Below, in pieces: positions 20,553-31,705 of a DNA stretch of 64,000 nucleotides; the first letter of the stretch is position 1, and each line of letters begins with the position of its first letter. Both the position numbers and the translations under genes were made by a program. The notes under the pieces are model-generated. The model ran no database searches and was not told the DNA's origin. It saw nothing but the letters and a program-made list of their open reading frames with translations. Source of the DNA: Tubulanus polymorphus (lineage: Eukaryota; Animalia; Nemertea); contig NC_134028.1 of the NCBI RefSeq assembly GCF_964204645.1, positions 17,925,653-17,989,652 of the forward strand. The letters run 5' to 3'.

Positions 20553-23520
20553 TGTGAAGTATTTCTGTGGTAGATTAGTTATAATCGTTCATATGTGTTA
20601 TTCTACAGAAATGGCTGGTATTTCGGTATAATATGATAATCTGTCTTTTATATTTGTATTCATAGGACTCAGCTGGCTGCACGGTGTGTAACTTGTCAAG
20701 TGCTGTGGTGTATGGTGATAGATAGAGTTATATAAGGGTGTATGATTGAGGTTTGGGGGGTTGGTGTGTATACTGGGACCGGTACACACGTGTTTCAGGA
20801 GAAGTCCTGCTGATAGCCGCTGGTCGGTTGAAGTGTAGTTGTAGATATATGTATTAAAGTAACCGTTGGTCGGTAATTCGTAGAAATGAAAGAAATTCCA
20901 ATCGGGTAATGAACGGTTCCTGAACTTCGCTGAAAAAGCTGAAACACTGAAAAGCTGAAATAAAAACGCTGAAATTTCAGGGAATTTCCGAAAAACGCCG
21001 AAATTTCAGGGAATTCCCGAAAAACGCTGAAATCGTGCTAGGTACCGACAATACACGTTTTGAAATTTTTTCCGGGCCGGTGTCCGCTGACGAGTCCTGA
21101 ACCGTGTTTTATGCTCTACCTTCGGTTACAGAGACATGCCTTAAGGTCGTCGTCATGATCGACTTGATCGATTGCGGATTGCGTGGATTGTTAGATGTGT
21201 TTTTGCCATAGTTTTATGTGCATATACCGGTACGATCTAACAATGAAGTTATCACTTCATTTGAATAAATTCTTAATCACAGTAATATTAATTCACAATA
21301 TTTTTTCTTATGTTTGGTGATTTCTTGCAACTTATCATTGCCAAGTCTCATACAAGTAGTAGCTGAATGAAAGTACAGTTAGGCTGAACCTGATAACCCA
21401 AATTAAGTGCTAGCATGGAACTAATGATTATTTTGATTCTATTTTCGGTGTCATTGAAATTCGTTAAGAAAGGTTCAACCGTCATAGTATACTGTACTTA
21501 GCATTGCTACAATTGGGTGCCATATTTCTACAAGGAGGAAGGAATCTTTAAGTGTCTTTGTTCCCGGGTAGGTGGTTCACTTTCTCTTTCGACTTGCCGG
21601 AGACTACTATCTGCAATGTATTGCATGCTTTGATGTGTCTGGCCTATAGGAGTCGAACGATATTTTTTTCCCATACACAGGCTTGGCTTTAGTGTAGATG
21701 AAGGCTAGGCACTGCACATTGTGGATTGACTGGAACTCTTAACTCACAAAATTAAACGAGTCAACAAGAAAGATCCAATAATTGGACATTTGTCTAACTA
21801 TATTATTTAACAGCTTGAAATAAAACATAACACATTCTGCAAGAGTATACAAAGGAAATCAGTTCTTACATTATATCAGAATCAATAGTTCGCTTAACTC
21901 TGGCTAGAATTCTGGTTCCATTGCTTCATATTCTAATGAAATCCACTAGTATACCTTAGAATATCGCTTAGCTTAAGACTAAAAATTTGGTACCAGGAAA
22001 CAGGGAAGAAAAGTGGGTGTACTGTACATCCGCAATTGACTTATTTCTCTCAGGTTGAATCAAGTTATTATTGAAATAGCATTCGAATAGCCATTTTATT
22101 TTTAAAAATTGTGTCGTTCAGCTATCCTGCTGCAAATTTCGCAGTTGAAGTTTACTGGTGCCATCTGATTTCTCAGTATCTCAAAAAATTTGCACATTCT
22201 AAGCCTGAATCTAAAAATAGAAAAAGGTGCATTTTAGTCGGATATAAAAGAATAGTGGCTAATGCACCCTGGACTATATAGCCTATGGGGTGGGCCTAGT
22301 TTGAAAGCACTGAGGTCCGAGAGAACAGCACTTAGTAAATAAATACTGAAATTAAACTTACAAAACACCCAGTACTTGAGATGATGTACTTGACAAGAAG
22401 TGTCACCAGCTAAGCAAATCAACTTTGTCTATGACTCCTCTTTTTATAGATTCAGTAGTAGTCTAAAAATAAGAATCGGTACATTTTTCTAACAGTTGGT
22501 ATGTCATTTCTTCAAAAAAACTAATTATTATCACGCCACAGCAAATAAATTATTCACAGTTGTTGAATGGTTAGCCCGATTTAGATTAATTGGTTGACGC
22601 TAATCAGTATGACCCATACGTAGGGGCCTACTGCATGCCATTGGCGTCAATCCATTCCATTCCATTCCACAGTGAATTAAAAAGAAATTTAGTTAGATCC
22701 CTTTTGTCCAAAAGCTGCATCATTTATATAACTAGCTGTCAAATTTAATTTACCTCCTTCAGAGAATACCATAGTGACATAGTCCGTCGCCCATCAACGT
22801 GTTGACAAAAGAAAAGTTGCTGCATGTTTTATACATGAACGTTCAAATAAGATATTTTGCGTCTTGCAGGGAATATTGAGCATAGTGTTTAAGTTGGCTT
22901 GCACGGTTTGTGAATGGGTTTTCCTAATTATGCTGCCTGTATGCATTAAAAATCCGGATTTCAAGCGAATTAATTTGTCCAACAAGTGGCCCCCTAGAAA
23001 TATACTCCACACATACTGTCCATGCATGTCTCTGTAACCGAAGGTAGAGACTAAAACACGGTTCAGGACTCGGCAGCGGACACCGGCCCGGAAAATATTT
23101 CAAAACGTGTATTGTTGGTACCTAGCACGATTTCAGCGTTTTTCGGGAATTCCCTGAAATTTCGGCGTTTTTCGGAAATTCCCTGAAATTTCAGCGTTTT
23201 TATTTCAGCGTTTCAGCGTTTCAATGATTCAGCTTTTTCAGCGAAGTTCAGGAACCGGGTAACGAACGGGTTTTTGGGACGCATTGAGTCCGTAAGTATT
23301 TGTGAAATAAATGTTTTGATACTAAGTATATTTTATTCAATACATAACCTATGATTATTGTGATATATATTTTGCAGCTTTAGAGCAGGAATTGGATAAT
23401 CGAATGTGTGTGAGATATTAAAGAAAGGCAACTGTACATAGTGTAAATAAATTGTTCGTGAAGTTGAAACTACGAATTAGTTTATTTGATGGATTGATGG
23501 CTCGATAGAAATTCGTGACA
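20553..23520. mobile_element. Probable solo LTR (about 615 bp net) inserted in the 3' LTR and itself interrupted by a MULE
   Basis: TG...CA ends with a short imperfect IR (TGTGAAGTATTTCT / AGAAATTCGTGACA); 5-bp TSD ATATT at 20548-20552 and 23521-23525. Confidence 0.75.
20914..23257. mobile_element. Non-autonomous Mutator-like element with TIRs of about 225 bp
   Basis: TIR 20914-21139 mirrored at 23024-23257 (CGGTTCCTGAACTTCGCTGAAAAAG...). 9-bp TSD GGTAATGAA / GGTAACGAA with one mismatch. Confidence 0.88.
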
Positions 23521-24337
23521 ATATTCACGTCATGACACTAGCTATAGGCCTTCAGGGTACAGCTAGCAGTTGTCCTTAAGGTTCAGTCTGGGAACAGCGT
23601 CAAGACACTCATGTTGAATCATGGATGTGAAGCTTGTACCCCATGGGCAATGGACAAAATGATCTTCAACCTTGTATATAACTATTTTCCAAAATCTCGA
23701 TGTATTTAATTAGGCAGCCAAGGAAATTTACCCAAATCTTTCGCTTGCCGGTTCAGACTGAATGAAAGATTGTTTGGATGAACCGGAACCGCCCCGTATA
23801 ATTTCCAATTATGTACCGGTACTTATTTCAACAAACAAAAAATTCTGTTAACTCGACCGCCGATCACACAACTATATCTGTACTTCGATTTCCGATTTCA
23901 AAATCAAACCCCCTGTTTCGCTCCCGGCAAATCAAACGAAATTTACCAGCCAAATAAATAAATAACGGGGCAATCCCCATTTTAAGATAAAAAAGAATAA
24001 ATAGATAGACTGTTTTTTATACCTGATCTAATCAGTCTTGTTTGTAATATAGAAAGTATTCAAAGAAAGCAGCTGAATATTCCCCCCATATGTCCAGCTT
24101 TTTGACCACTTCTCCATCCATCTAATTTCAGTAGATTTCTATGTTGAATGATGGACTACTGATTTAAATGGTCATTACTAGATTGTGAGTATTATATTTC
24201 TTTTCTTCTTCAGTCTCATATAAGTAATAGGGAATAAGTTGTTTCAAGCCAAAGGTCGAAGGGTTCAAAAAATAAATTCTCGCACACTCGAATTCATTTT
24301 CCGACCCTTCAACCTTTAACTCGAAACAACTTATTCC

Positions 24338-25259
24338 TATGGTGGCTGATAAGGGCCATAGCGTAAAATTCCTGGTACGTAAATGAGGGCGCCAGAACGC
24401 CAGAACGCCAAAACGAAAAAAAAAAATTTCTCTAAAAGTTCGTTTTGGCGCGCCCCCGCCAAAACAACGAAAAACGTCGAAATTTCTCTAAAAGTTCGTT
24501 TTGGCGCGCCAAAACGGAGAAGATTCCGTTTTGGCGCCCCCGCCAAAACGAACTTTCATTTTGGCGCCCCCGCCAAAACCAAGTTTAAACCACGTAAAAT
24601 AATTCTATGTATACGTAAAATATTTTCATATATGCAAATTTATGCAAATTACACACAAGATCAACGCGCCAAATTGAAAAATAATTTTACTGTGGTTGAA
24701 TGCTTGTTTTGGCGGGGGCGCCAAAAAGGAAATAACCGCGCCAAAACGAACTTTTCTTTGTTTTGGCGCGCCAAAACGAACTTTCAGAGAAATTTCGACG
24801 TTTTTCGTTGTTTTGGCGGGGGCGCCAAAACGAAAGTTCGTTTTGGCGGGGGCGCCAAAACGGAATATTCGTTGTTTTGGCGCGCCAAAACGAACTTTCA
24901 GAGAAAATTGGACGTTTTTCGTTGTTTTGGCGGGGGCGCCAAAATGAGGGTTCATTTTGGCGGGGGTGCCAAAACGGAATATTCGTTGTTTTGGCGCGCC
25001 AAACCGGACTTTCAGAGAAAATTTGACGTTTTTCGTTGTTTGGGCGGGGGCGCCAAAACGAAAGTTCGTGTTGGCGGGGGCGCCAAAATGAAAGTTCGTT
25101 TTGGCGGGGGCGCCAAAACGGAATTTTCTTTGTTTTGGCGCGCCAAAACGAACTTTTAGAGAAAATTGGACGTTTTTTTTTCGTTTTGGCGTTCTGGCGT
25201 TCTGGCGCCCTCATTTACATACCAGGAATTTTACGCTATGGCCCTTATCAGCCACCATA
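24338..25259. mobile_element. GC-rich foldback element inserted in the left TIR of Polinton 2
   Basis: TIRs TATGGTGGCTGATAAGGGCCATAGCGTAAAATTCCTGGTA... / ...CCCTTATCAGCCACCATA. 6-bp TSD TATTCC at 24332-24337 and 25260-25265. Arms are built of TTTTGGCG/CGCCAAAA units. Confidence 0.92.
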
Positions 25260-25352
25260 TATTCCCTATTACTCTTAAAATATTCATATGAATATGAATA
25301 ACTTCTAAAATCAATTTTAATAAAAAATTTGTTATTAAAATGGAGAGTAAAC

Positions 25353-26066
25353 CCAATAAGGGTAAAAAAATATTCTAAAGCGAGAGGTTTCAGCGAACTC
25401 TAACTCTTTTTTCAATTTTCAATATAAAAAGTAACGAGTAATTAACGAGTGAAATAATGCATATTTAAAACAGTGAATATTTATATTTATATGTGTTAGA
25501 TTCTTATTTTAAACATAAAAAGTAACGAGTAATTAACGAGTGAAATAATTCATATTTAAAACAGCGAATATTTATATTTACATGCGTTAAATTCTTATTT
25601 TCAATATAAAAAGTAACGAGTAATTAACGAGTTGAAGAAAATATCAATTTTAATAAAAAAATGACTAATAAATGAATGAACAGATACTACAATTCCAATA
25701 AGGGTAAAAAAATATTTTAAAGCGTAAGGTTTCAGCGAACTCTAAAAAAGTAACGAGTAAATAACGAGTTGTTAGAATTAAAATAAATTTTTAAACATAA
25801 AAAGTGTGAGTAAAGTGTGAGTGAAATAATTCATATTTAAATCATTGAATATTTATATTTATACGTGTTAAATTCTTATTTTCAGTATAAAAGTAACGAG
25901 TAATTAACGAGTGAAATAATTCATATTTAAAACAGTGAATATTTATATTTATATGCGTTAAATTCTTATTTTATGTTTAAAAGTAATGCGTAATAAACGA
26001 GTTGAAGAAAATATCAATTTTAATAAAAAAAATTACTTATAAATATGAATGAACAGATACTACAAT
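25353..26066. repeat. Subterminal tandem duplication (about 343 bp) made of 91-bp units with GTAACGAGTAATTAACGAGT cores
   Basis: CCAATAAGGGTAAAAAAATATT at 25353 and 25696; cores near 25431, 25522, 25613, 25750, 25893 and 25983. The first copy ends with a duplicate of the ORF start ATGAATGAACAGATACTACAATTC. Confidence 0.85.
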
Positions 26067-26614
26067 TCAAAGATATCGATTTACATGAATTAGAAAAATA
26101 TTTTACAATTAAAAATTTCATTCCTATTAAAGATTTGATTAAAACTGCGCGTCTTCGTTTTCAAGTGAAAAATATTACTGAATTAGTGTTTAAAAATCAT
26201 TATCTAATAATAGAGTTATCGAATGATAAAGATAAAATCTTATTCAATACAATAATTCCAAAATTCACAACATTTGGCGAAATAGTTAAACATTTAATAA
26301 TTACAGATGAAATGCAATCACTTTTTAATAATGAAAATTCACATAAAACATTATTTTTACACTTACGTTATTGCCCATTCAGAGAATGCTATGTTATGTT
26401 TTTCAGATTACAAGAAAAGAGATTCATCCCCGACATTCCAAATGAAAAATCATTTAAAGACATAGGTACTCAATGTGATTTAGACAATGAAAAATCATAT
26501 AAAGATGTTGGGATTCAATGTAACTTAGACAATAAAATTGATACACCTAAATATGAACCTAATGAAAAAATGTTATGTAATTGTGGAAAATATTATACTC
26601 AAAGAAATAATTAA
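26045..26614 (+). CDS. Hypothetical Polinton protein with two LC8-binding-like repeats and a C-terminal zinc finger cut by a stop
   Basis: 189-aa ORF; KDIGTQCD and KDVGIQCN repeats; CNCG..TQRNN*HHLKSKYH. Confidence 0.6.
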   Translation: MNEQILQFKDIDLHELEKYFTIKNFIPIKDLIKTARLRFQVKNITELVFKNHYLIIELSNDKDKILFNTIIPKFTTFGEIVKHLIITDEMQSLFNNENSHKTLFLHLRYCPFRECYVMFFRLQEKRFIPDIPNEKSFKDIGTQCDLDNEKSYKDVGIQCNLDNKIDTPKYEPNEKMLCNCGKYYTQRNN

Positions 26615-26813
26615 CACCATCTTAAATCAAAATATCATAACTCAAAAATAATAATTCAACTCTAAATATTCAAAATAAGATATTTCAAATTAATTTTTTT
26701 CTTAAATAAATGTATGATTCGTTGAACTATTTCACCAAATGTTGTGAATTTTGGAATTATTGTATTGAATAAGATTTTATCTTTATCATTCGATAACTCT
26801 ATTATTAGATAAT

Positions 26814-29800
26814 AACTTCTTCATTGAATATACAATTGATGTAATCTTTGAAATGAATATTTTTTTCTACTACACTTTTAGTAATTCCCTTCAATTTCTT
26901 TGATTCATGAGTTTTAGTTTTATATGAATACATTTTTTTTTTAGGATCATTCCTTGATTCAAATAGAATTTTAACATTCTATAATGCACTACATAATTAT
27001 ATTTATCTTCCTGAGTTATCATTAACTTTTCTGTATGAATATGATTTTCGGGTTTAATTCTTTTTTGATAATTTGATAATTCTTCATGCGTTACAGTTTT
27101 ATGTTCTGGACAGTATGCTAGATTTCTAGATTTGAATTTTTTATCTTCAGGATATTCCAAGTCTACAACAAAGAAGTAACCAGTCTCTGAATCATCTGCA
27201 ATATCTAGAATTCTTTTCTTCCAATCAAATTTATCATTATTTTCATGTTGTAAAACTTCACTTATTTCAAATACTCCATGAGGTTATGGTTCCATCATTG
27301 CCCATCCATAAAGATTATTTGCATCTATATATAATAACTTATATCCAGGGTTATCATTTACATTGAAATATCTATCACCTAATACACCTGAAACTCCTCC
27401 TCTTATAGATTTTTCAAATAATAATAATTGATCTATATTTGTTAACAAATCCATTTTTATATCTGTAAATTTTAAACCACAATCCCAAGTTAATCCTGGT
27501 GATGAATAATAATGACATGGGTCAATATTAAAATATTTTATATTTACATCTCTAAACCTTTCAAATATATCAGTTAATAATAATACATCAGATTTTAAAT
27601 ATGAATCTACTAATTTTCCATGATTTTCTATTTTGAAATGATCCCAAATATTCAATGTTCTATCATATATTTCATCTTTAACATATTCATTTTTTAATTC
27701 ATCATAGAATTGTTCTTTTAATAATTCAGTTATATTAAAATCATTATGCGATTTATAAAATGAATATGGAATTGCGCCTTTATATCTCATTAATTGAAAA
27801 TCATCATTATTTGGGTAGTGTTGTTTTAATATCTTTAATTCATCATCAACTAATGATTTTGATAAATTATCGAATGACCTACTTAAAAATCTATATGAAT
27901 CTATAAATCTTAGACACCCAAATTGGAATGATATATCATTCTCAGATGTTTTAGCTAACATTTTAAATTTATAAGTTGGTATTTTATCTTTCGACCTATT
28001 TGAATTTAATCTTTCTATTTCATTACTGATTTCTTCTATTTTATGACATAGCTGTTTGATGAATAAATGAGCATCATACCCTGATAAATTATGAAATATT
28101 ACTGGAACAAAATTGATTTTCTTAGCTTGTAAGTTACAATTCTCATGCGCCGCGCCTCTAAACTTTCCATTCAAATGATCATGGTCTCTTACTTTTTTAT
28201 CTTTATAATTAAATATCTTTTCACAATAATAACATTTATCTGCAAACTCAAATTCTTCTTTATCTTCTTCTGTCATAATTATTTCTATATTTGTATCTAA
28301 TAGTTTACTAAATTTGATTTCATACTCAATTAATAGGTCACAAAAATGATTGATAACATTTTCATTTCTATAGTTATAATATTCACTTTTAATTAGTTCT
28401 GGATTATCAGATTTTATATATAACCCGAAAGCTGCAGCTGATTGATGAATCTTTTTAATAGTATTTGTTATTAGAGGATCTGAATAATCAATTATATCAT
28501 TTTCATTAGAATTTAATTTCTTTCTTTTATGATATATTTCTTTTCTATCTTGATCAGTTAATTCTTTATTTAATGATTCAAAATCTCCATATATAACAAA
28601 TGGTACTTTATTCTTGTAATTATATTTTTTTAATTCTAATATCTTATCTTTTTCATTTGGTAAAATCATTTTACAGTAATCATGGTTATCTCATAATTGT
28701 TTATGATTTAATAATGCACTTTCGGTTCTGAATTTAGTCATACATTTTCTACATAGATATATTTTATTATCAAAATCATTTTCTGATTTGAAAAATAAAT
28801 CAATACGTTTTTTCCACATATGATGATTCTCATAATATAGTATATCTATAACATCATTTGAATCATAATCTTTTGATAAGTATAAAGGTTCTAATGTATA
28901 ATGTTTAATATTATTGCCTTTTTGTTTTTGGTAATTTGATTAAATCAAATACATTTATTTTTAGATTATAATCTCTTTCTATTTTTGGAATACTTTTAAT
29001 TCTAACAGGGTAATTATCTATCTTATAATTATTTTCAAATGGTTTATAATGTGTTAATCTAAAACTATGTTGTTTATAATCTTCAACTGGGTGTAAGTAA
29101 CTAACTATTGCCCATAGAAAACATTTATCATCTTCATTTTGTACATTTATAACAGCATTAGTTTTAAATGATAATTTGATATAACTCGACGCTTCAATAT
29201 CTGGTTCTTTATAATATGATAGATTATTTTCATCAATTGGTTTTGATTTAGTTAACTTATTATGTTTTGTGTTATAAACATGTAAAGTCATAAATATTAT
29301 TTCATCAAATATTAAACCAGACCCTTCAAAATATTTCTCTTCTATTTTACTTTTTATTTCATTATAACATTTATCTAATCTATCATCTATATGCTGTTTT
29401 GAAATAATATGTTTTGAATGAGAATTTATATTATATATTGGTTTATCTTCAGATTTTATAAATTTAACTTTAGCGGATATACTAATTTTAGGGTATTCTA
29501 CGCCTGTAATTATTTTGATAATATTTTTCATATTTTCTAAATGTTTTTTATTTTCTTCTAATGTTTTACCTTTATGAAATTTAAACTCGATAGCAGCTGG
29601 TCCTATATCACTTTTAAATGCTTCAGTTATTTCAATATCTTTTTTATTATCTAATGAATTAATATAATTTCTAACATCTTCCATGTATGGTCTTGTTTAA
29701 TCTATTTTTTATTCTTTTAATTGTCTTCGGTTTATTGTTATCATTCTCAAAATAATCATCACCTAAAATATCATTATTGATATTTGTAATATGACTTTTA

Positions 29801-30033
29801 GATTTTAAATATTCTTTATAATATCTTTTATCACTGAATGATTGATTACACGTATCACATTTATATATTTCTTTTTCATTCTTTAATTCATCTAATTTAG
29901 TTTCTAATATATCATCTTTATATTCTAATTTCAATTTATTCTCTAAATGTGTTTTAGTTTTATTGTGTCTTGCTTTTTTAGATTTATCTATATTAATTTT
30001 ACATGTCGGACAGTAGTACTTATTTGCTTCCAT
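26814..30033 (-). pseudogene. pPolB of Polinton 2; frameshifted, with motifs B and C deleted and the C-terminus truncated
   Basis: Same domain order as element 1: zinc fingers, DDKCFLWA, YGDFES, RDHDH..FRGAAHENCNL, FHNLSGYD, YIDANNLYGWAM. NQGMILKK is fused directly to KMYSYKT..KKLKGITK. Confidence 0.92.
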
Positions 30034-30098
30034 TCTAATAACAAATTTTTCATTAAAATTGATCTTATATTATTCAAAATCTATATCATGACATCATT

Positions 30099-30404
30099 CT
30101 AACCTTTATATATGAAGTAGAAATCACCTGAACATAATTCTTCTAGATCTTCACTTGATAATCTATGAAACCTATCTGGTAAATATGTTCTGAATTTATA
30201 TTTATTTCCCTTTAAGCCTCCATATGCTAAGTGAATAACTAATTTATCTCCATAGTTATTAGTAACTGTATCAATATTTGCAATTAGATATTTCTTATGA
30301 ATTGTTAATTCTGTTAAATTCTTAAATTTATAATCTACTGATTTGACATTTGAAGTATCTTTTATTCTATCTAAGAATTCACTGTATATTTGTTTACTCT
30401 CCAT
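30099..30404 (-). CDS. 101-aa protein upstream of pPolB, possibly an OB-fold ssDNA-binding protein
   Basis: Intact ORF starting inside the TIR; beta-strand pattern YLIANIDTVTNNYGDKLVIHL...RTYLPDRF. The function is inferred only. Confidence 0.5.
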   Translation of the reverse strand: MESKQIYSEFLDRIKDTSNVKSVDYKFKNLTELTIHKKYLIANIDTVTNNYGDKLVIHLAYGGLKGNKYKFRTYLPDRFHRLSSEDLEELCSGDFYFIYKG

Positions 30405-30732
30405 TTTAATAACAGATTTTTTATTAAAATTGATTTAAGAAGTTATTCATATTCATATATATGAATATTTTAAGAGTAATAGGGAATAAGTTGTTTCGAG
30501 TTAAAGGTTGAAGGGTCGAAAAATAAATTCGAGTGTGCCAGAATTTATTTTTCGAACCTTCGACCTTTGGCTTGAAACAACTTATTCCCTATTACTCATA
30601 TATTCTATTTATAATCCTGATTATCGACCGATTGTACTCGTCGACAATGTTTAAAATCCTGATTGTCGACCGATTTTACTCGTCGACAATGTCTGCATTC
30701 CTGATTGTCGACCCATTCTTCTCATGAACAAT

Positions 30733-31004
30733 AGCCGCGATCACACGGAGACAATTTGGCCCGGGATAAATTGGCACGGATCAGGCTCGGGCCAAAATTG
30801 GCCTAAATAGAGAGCGCGTTCACACACAAACCGTTCACTCGATACTAAACAATGCTCAAACAAAGCGAAGTGGATCATTTCCGGTGCCAGTTGCAATTCA
30901 AACGCAATCATTTGTCTGGTGTTAAAATTTGGCTCCGGCCTGGTCCGACGTTTTTGGTCAGGCCAAATTTGGCCCGGGCCAAAAATGCTCGTGTGATCGC
31001 GGCT
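30733..31004. mobile_element. PIF/Harbinger-like MITE
   Basis: TIR AGCCGCGATCACACG / CGTGTGATCGCGGCT; 3-bp duplication AAT on both sides. Confidence 0.7.
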
Positions 31005-31043
31005 AATGTCTATAATCCAGATTGTCGACCAATTTTACTTGAA

Positions 31044-31191
31044 TACAGTTTACGCCCCACGATCCCCTAGCCAACTCTACAGAGAGGAATATTTGAAACA
31101 GTTTACGCCCCACGATCCCAACAACTCTACATAGGGGAATATTTGAAGACAGTTTACGCCCTACGATCCGCCAACTCTACAGAGGGAATAT
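31044..31191. repeat. Three tandem units of about 52 bp
   Basis: ACAGTTTACGCCCCACGATCC..CAACTCTACAGAG..GAATA repeated three times. Confidence 0.8.
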
Positions 31192-31609
31192 ACATTTTCT
31201 ACGCGTAATATAAATGACTGGATTCAGTACTATTCAGGACACTATTGTGACAGTTGAAGAAATTTGCCTGCATTGTGGACCATGTCGACGAGTAAAATCG
31301 GGCGTCGATCAGGATTTTAGACATTGTCGACAAGTAAAATCGTCCGACTAACAGGATTGTTAATGTTGTCGACGAGCAGAATCGACCGACATCGATCTCA
31401 TGTCGCATTGTTTGCAAATTTTACATAACTATTAAGAGATTCACACGATTTTATTGTTGCTCAAACTGTCAAAATTCATCCAGGGGCAGAAGAAATATGA
31501 AAAAACACGCATCACAGATATTTTTTAAAAAAGGAGAAAAAATTGACCCAACAATACAGGACAAAATTAACCTTACAAAATGGCGGCTAGCAACTGTAAA
31601 ATGATTTAT

Positions 31610-31705
31610 CACATCATGCAGGCACAACACACAAGTTTTCCAGGCCACTTCGTCAAGTGCCATAGACATCAGGCGTGCAAATGTCGCCGGGGCGTTTAAC
31701 AAAGC
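31610..31705 (-). pseudogene. Gypsy-type reverse transcriptase fragment
   Basis: LLNAPATFARLM..L..VAWKTCVLCLHDV matches RT GLxNAPATFQR...CLVYLDD, degenerate. Confidence 0.65.

Larger units (their letters stand above)
18496..23537 (+). mobile_element. Non-autonomous LTR retrotransposon (Gypsy-like, no pol); 3' LTR interrupted by a nested insertion
   Basis: 5' LTR 18496-18909; 3' LTR 20151-20552 plus 23526-23537. PBS TGGTGGAGAA at 18911; PPT GAAGAAGGGAGG before 20151; 4-bp TSD CTAG at 18492-18495 and 23538-23541. Confidence 0.9.
24223..30596 (-). mobile_element. Polinton element 2: complete ends, internally deleted, non-autonomous
   Basis: AGTAATAGGG...CCCTATTACT termini. TIRs of about 205 bp (24223-25351 excluding the insert; 30392-30596). 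Exact 6-bp TSD CATATA at 24217-24222 and 30597-30602. Contains pPolB. Confidence 0.95.
30611..31395. repeat. Foldback-type repeat with tandem subunits of about 40 bp (CTGATTGTCGACCGATTTTACTCGTCGACAATG) on the left and inverted copies on the right
   Basis: Direct units at about 30617, 30659, 30701 and 31018; reverse-complement units at 31282-31392. Confidence 0.7.

Noticed and set aside
24337-25301. Many overlapping ORFs on both strands (e.g. 24383-25159, 258 aa)
   Set aside because: They are translations of the GC-rich foldback repeat, which lacks stops by composition; no protein signal.
24400-26066. CRISPR-like appearance of regularly spaced repeats
   Set aside because: The intervening sequences are themselves repeated rather than unique spacers, there are no cas genes, and the context is eukaryotic.
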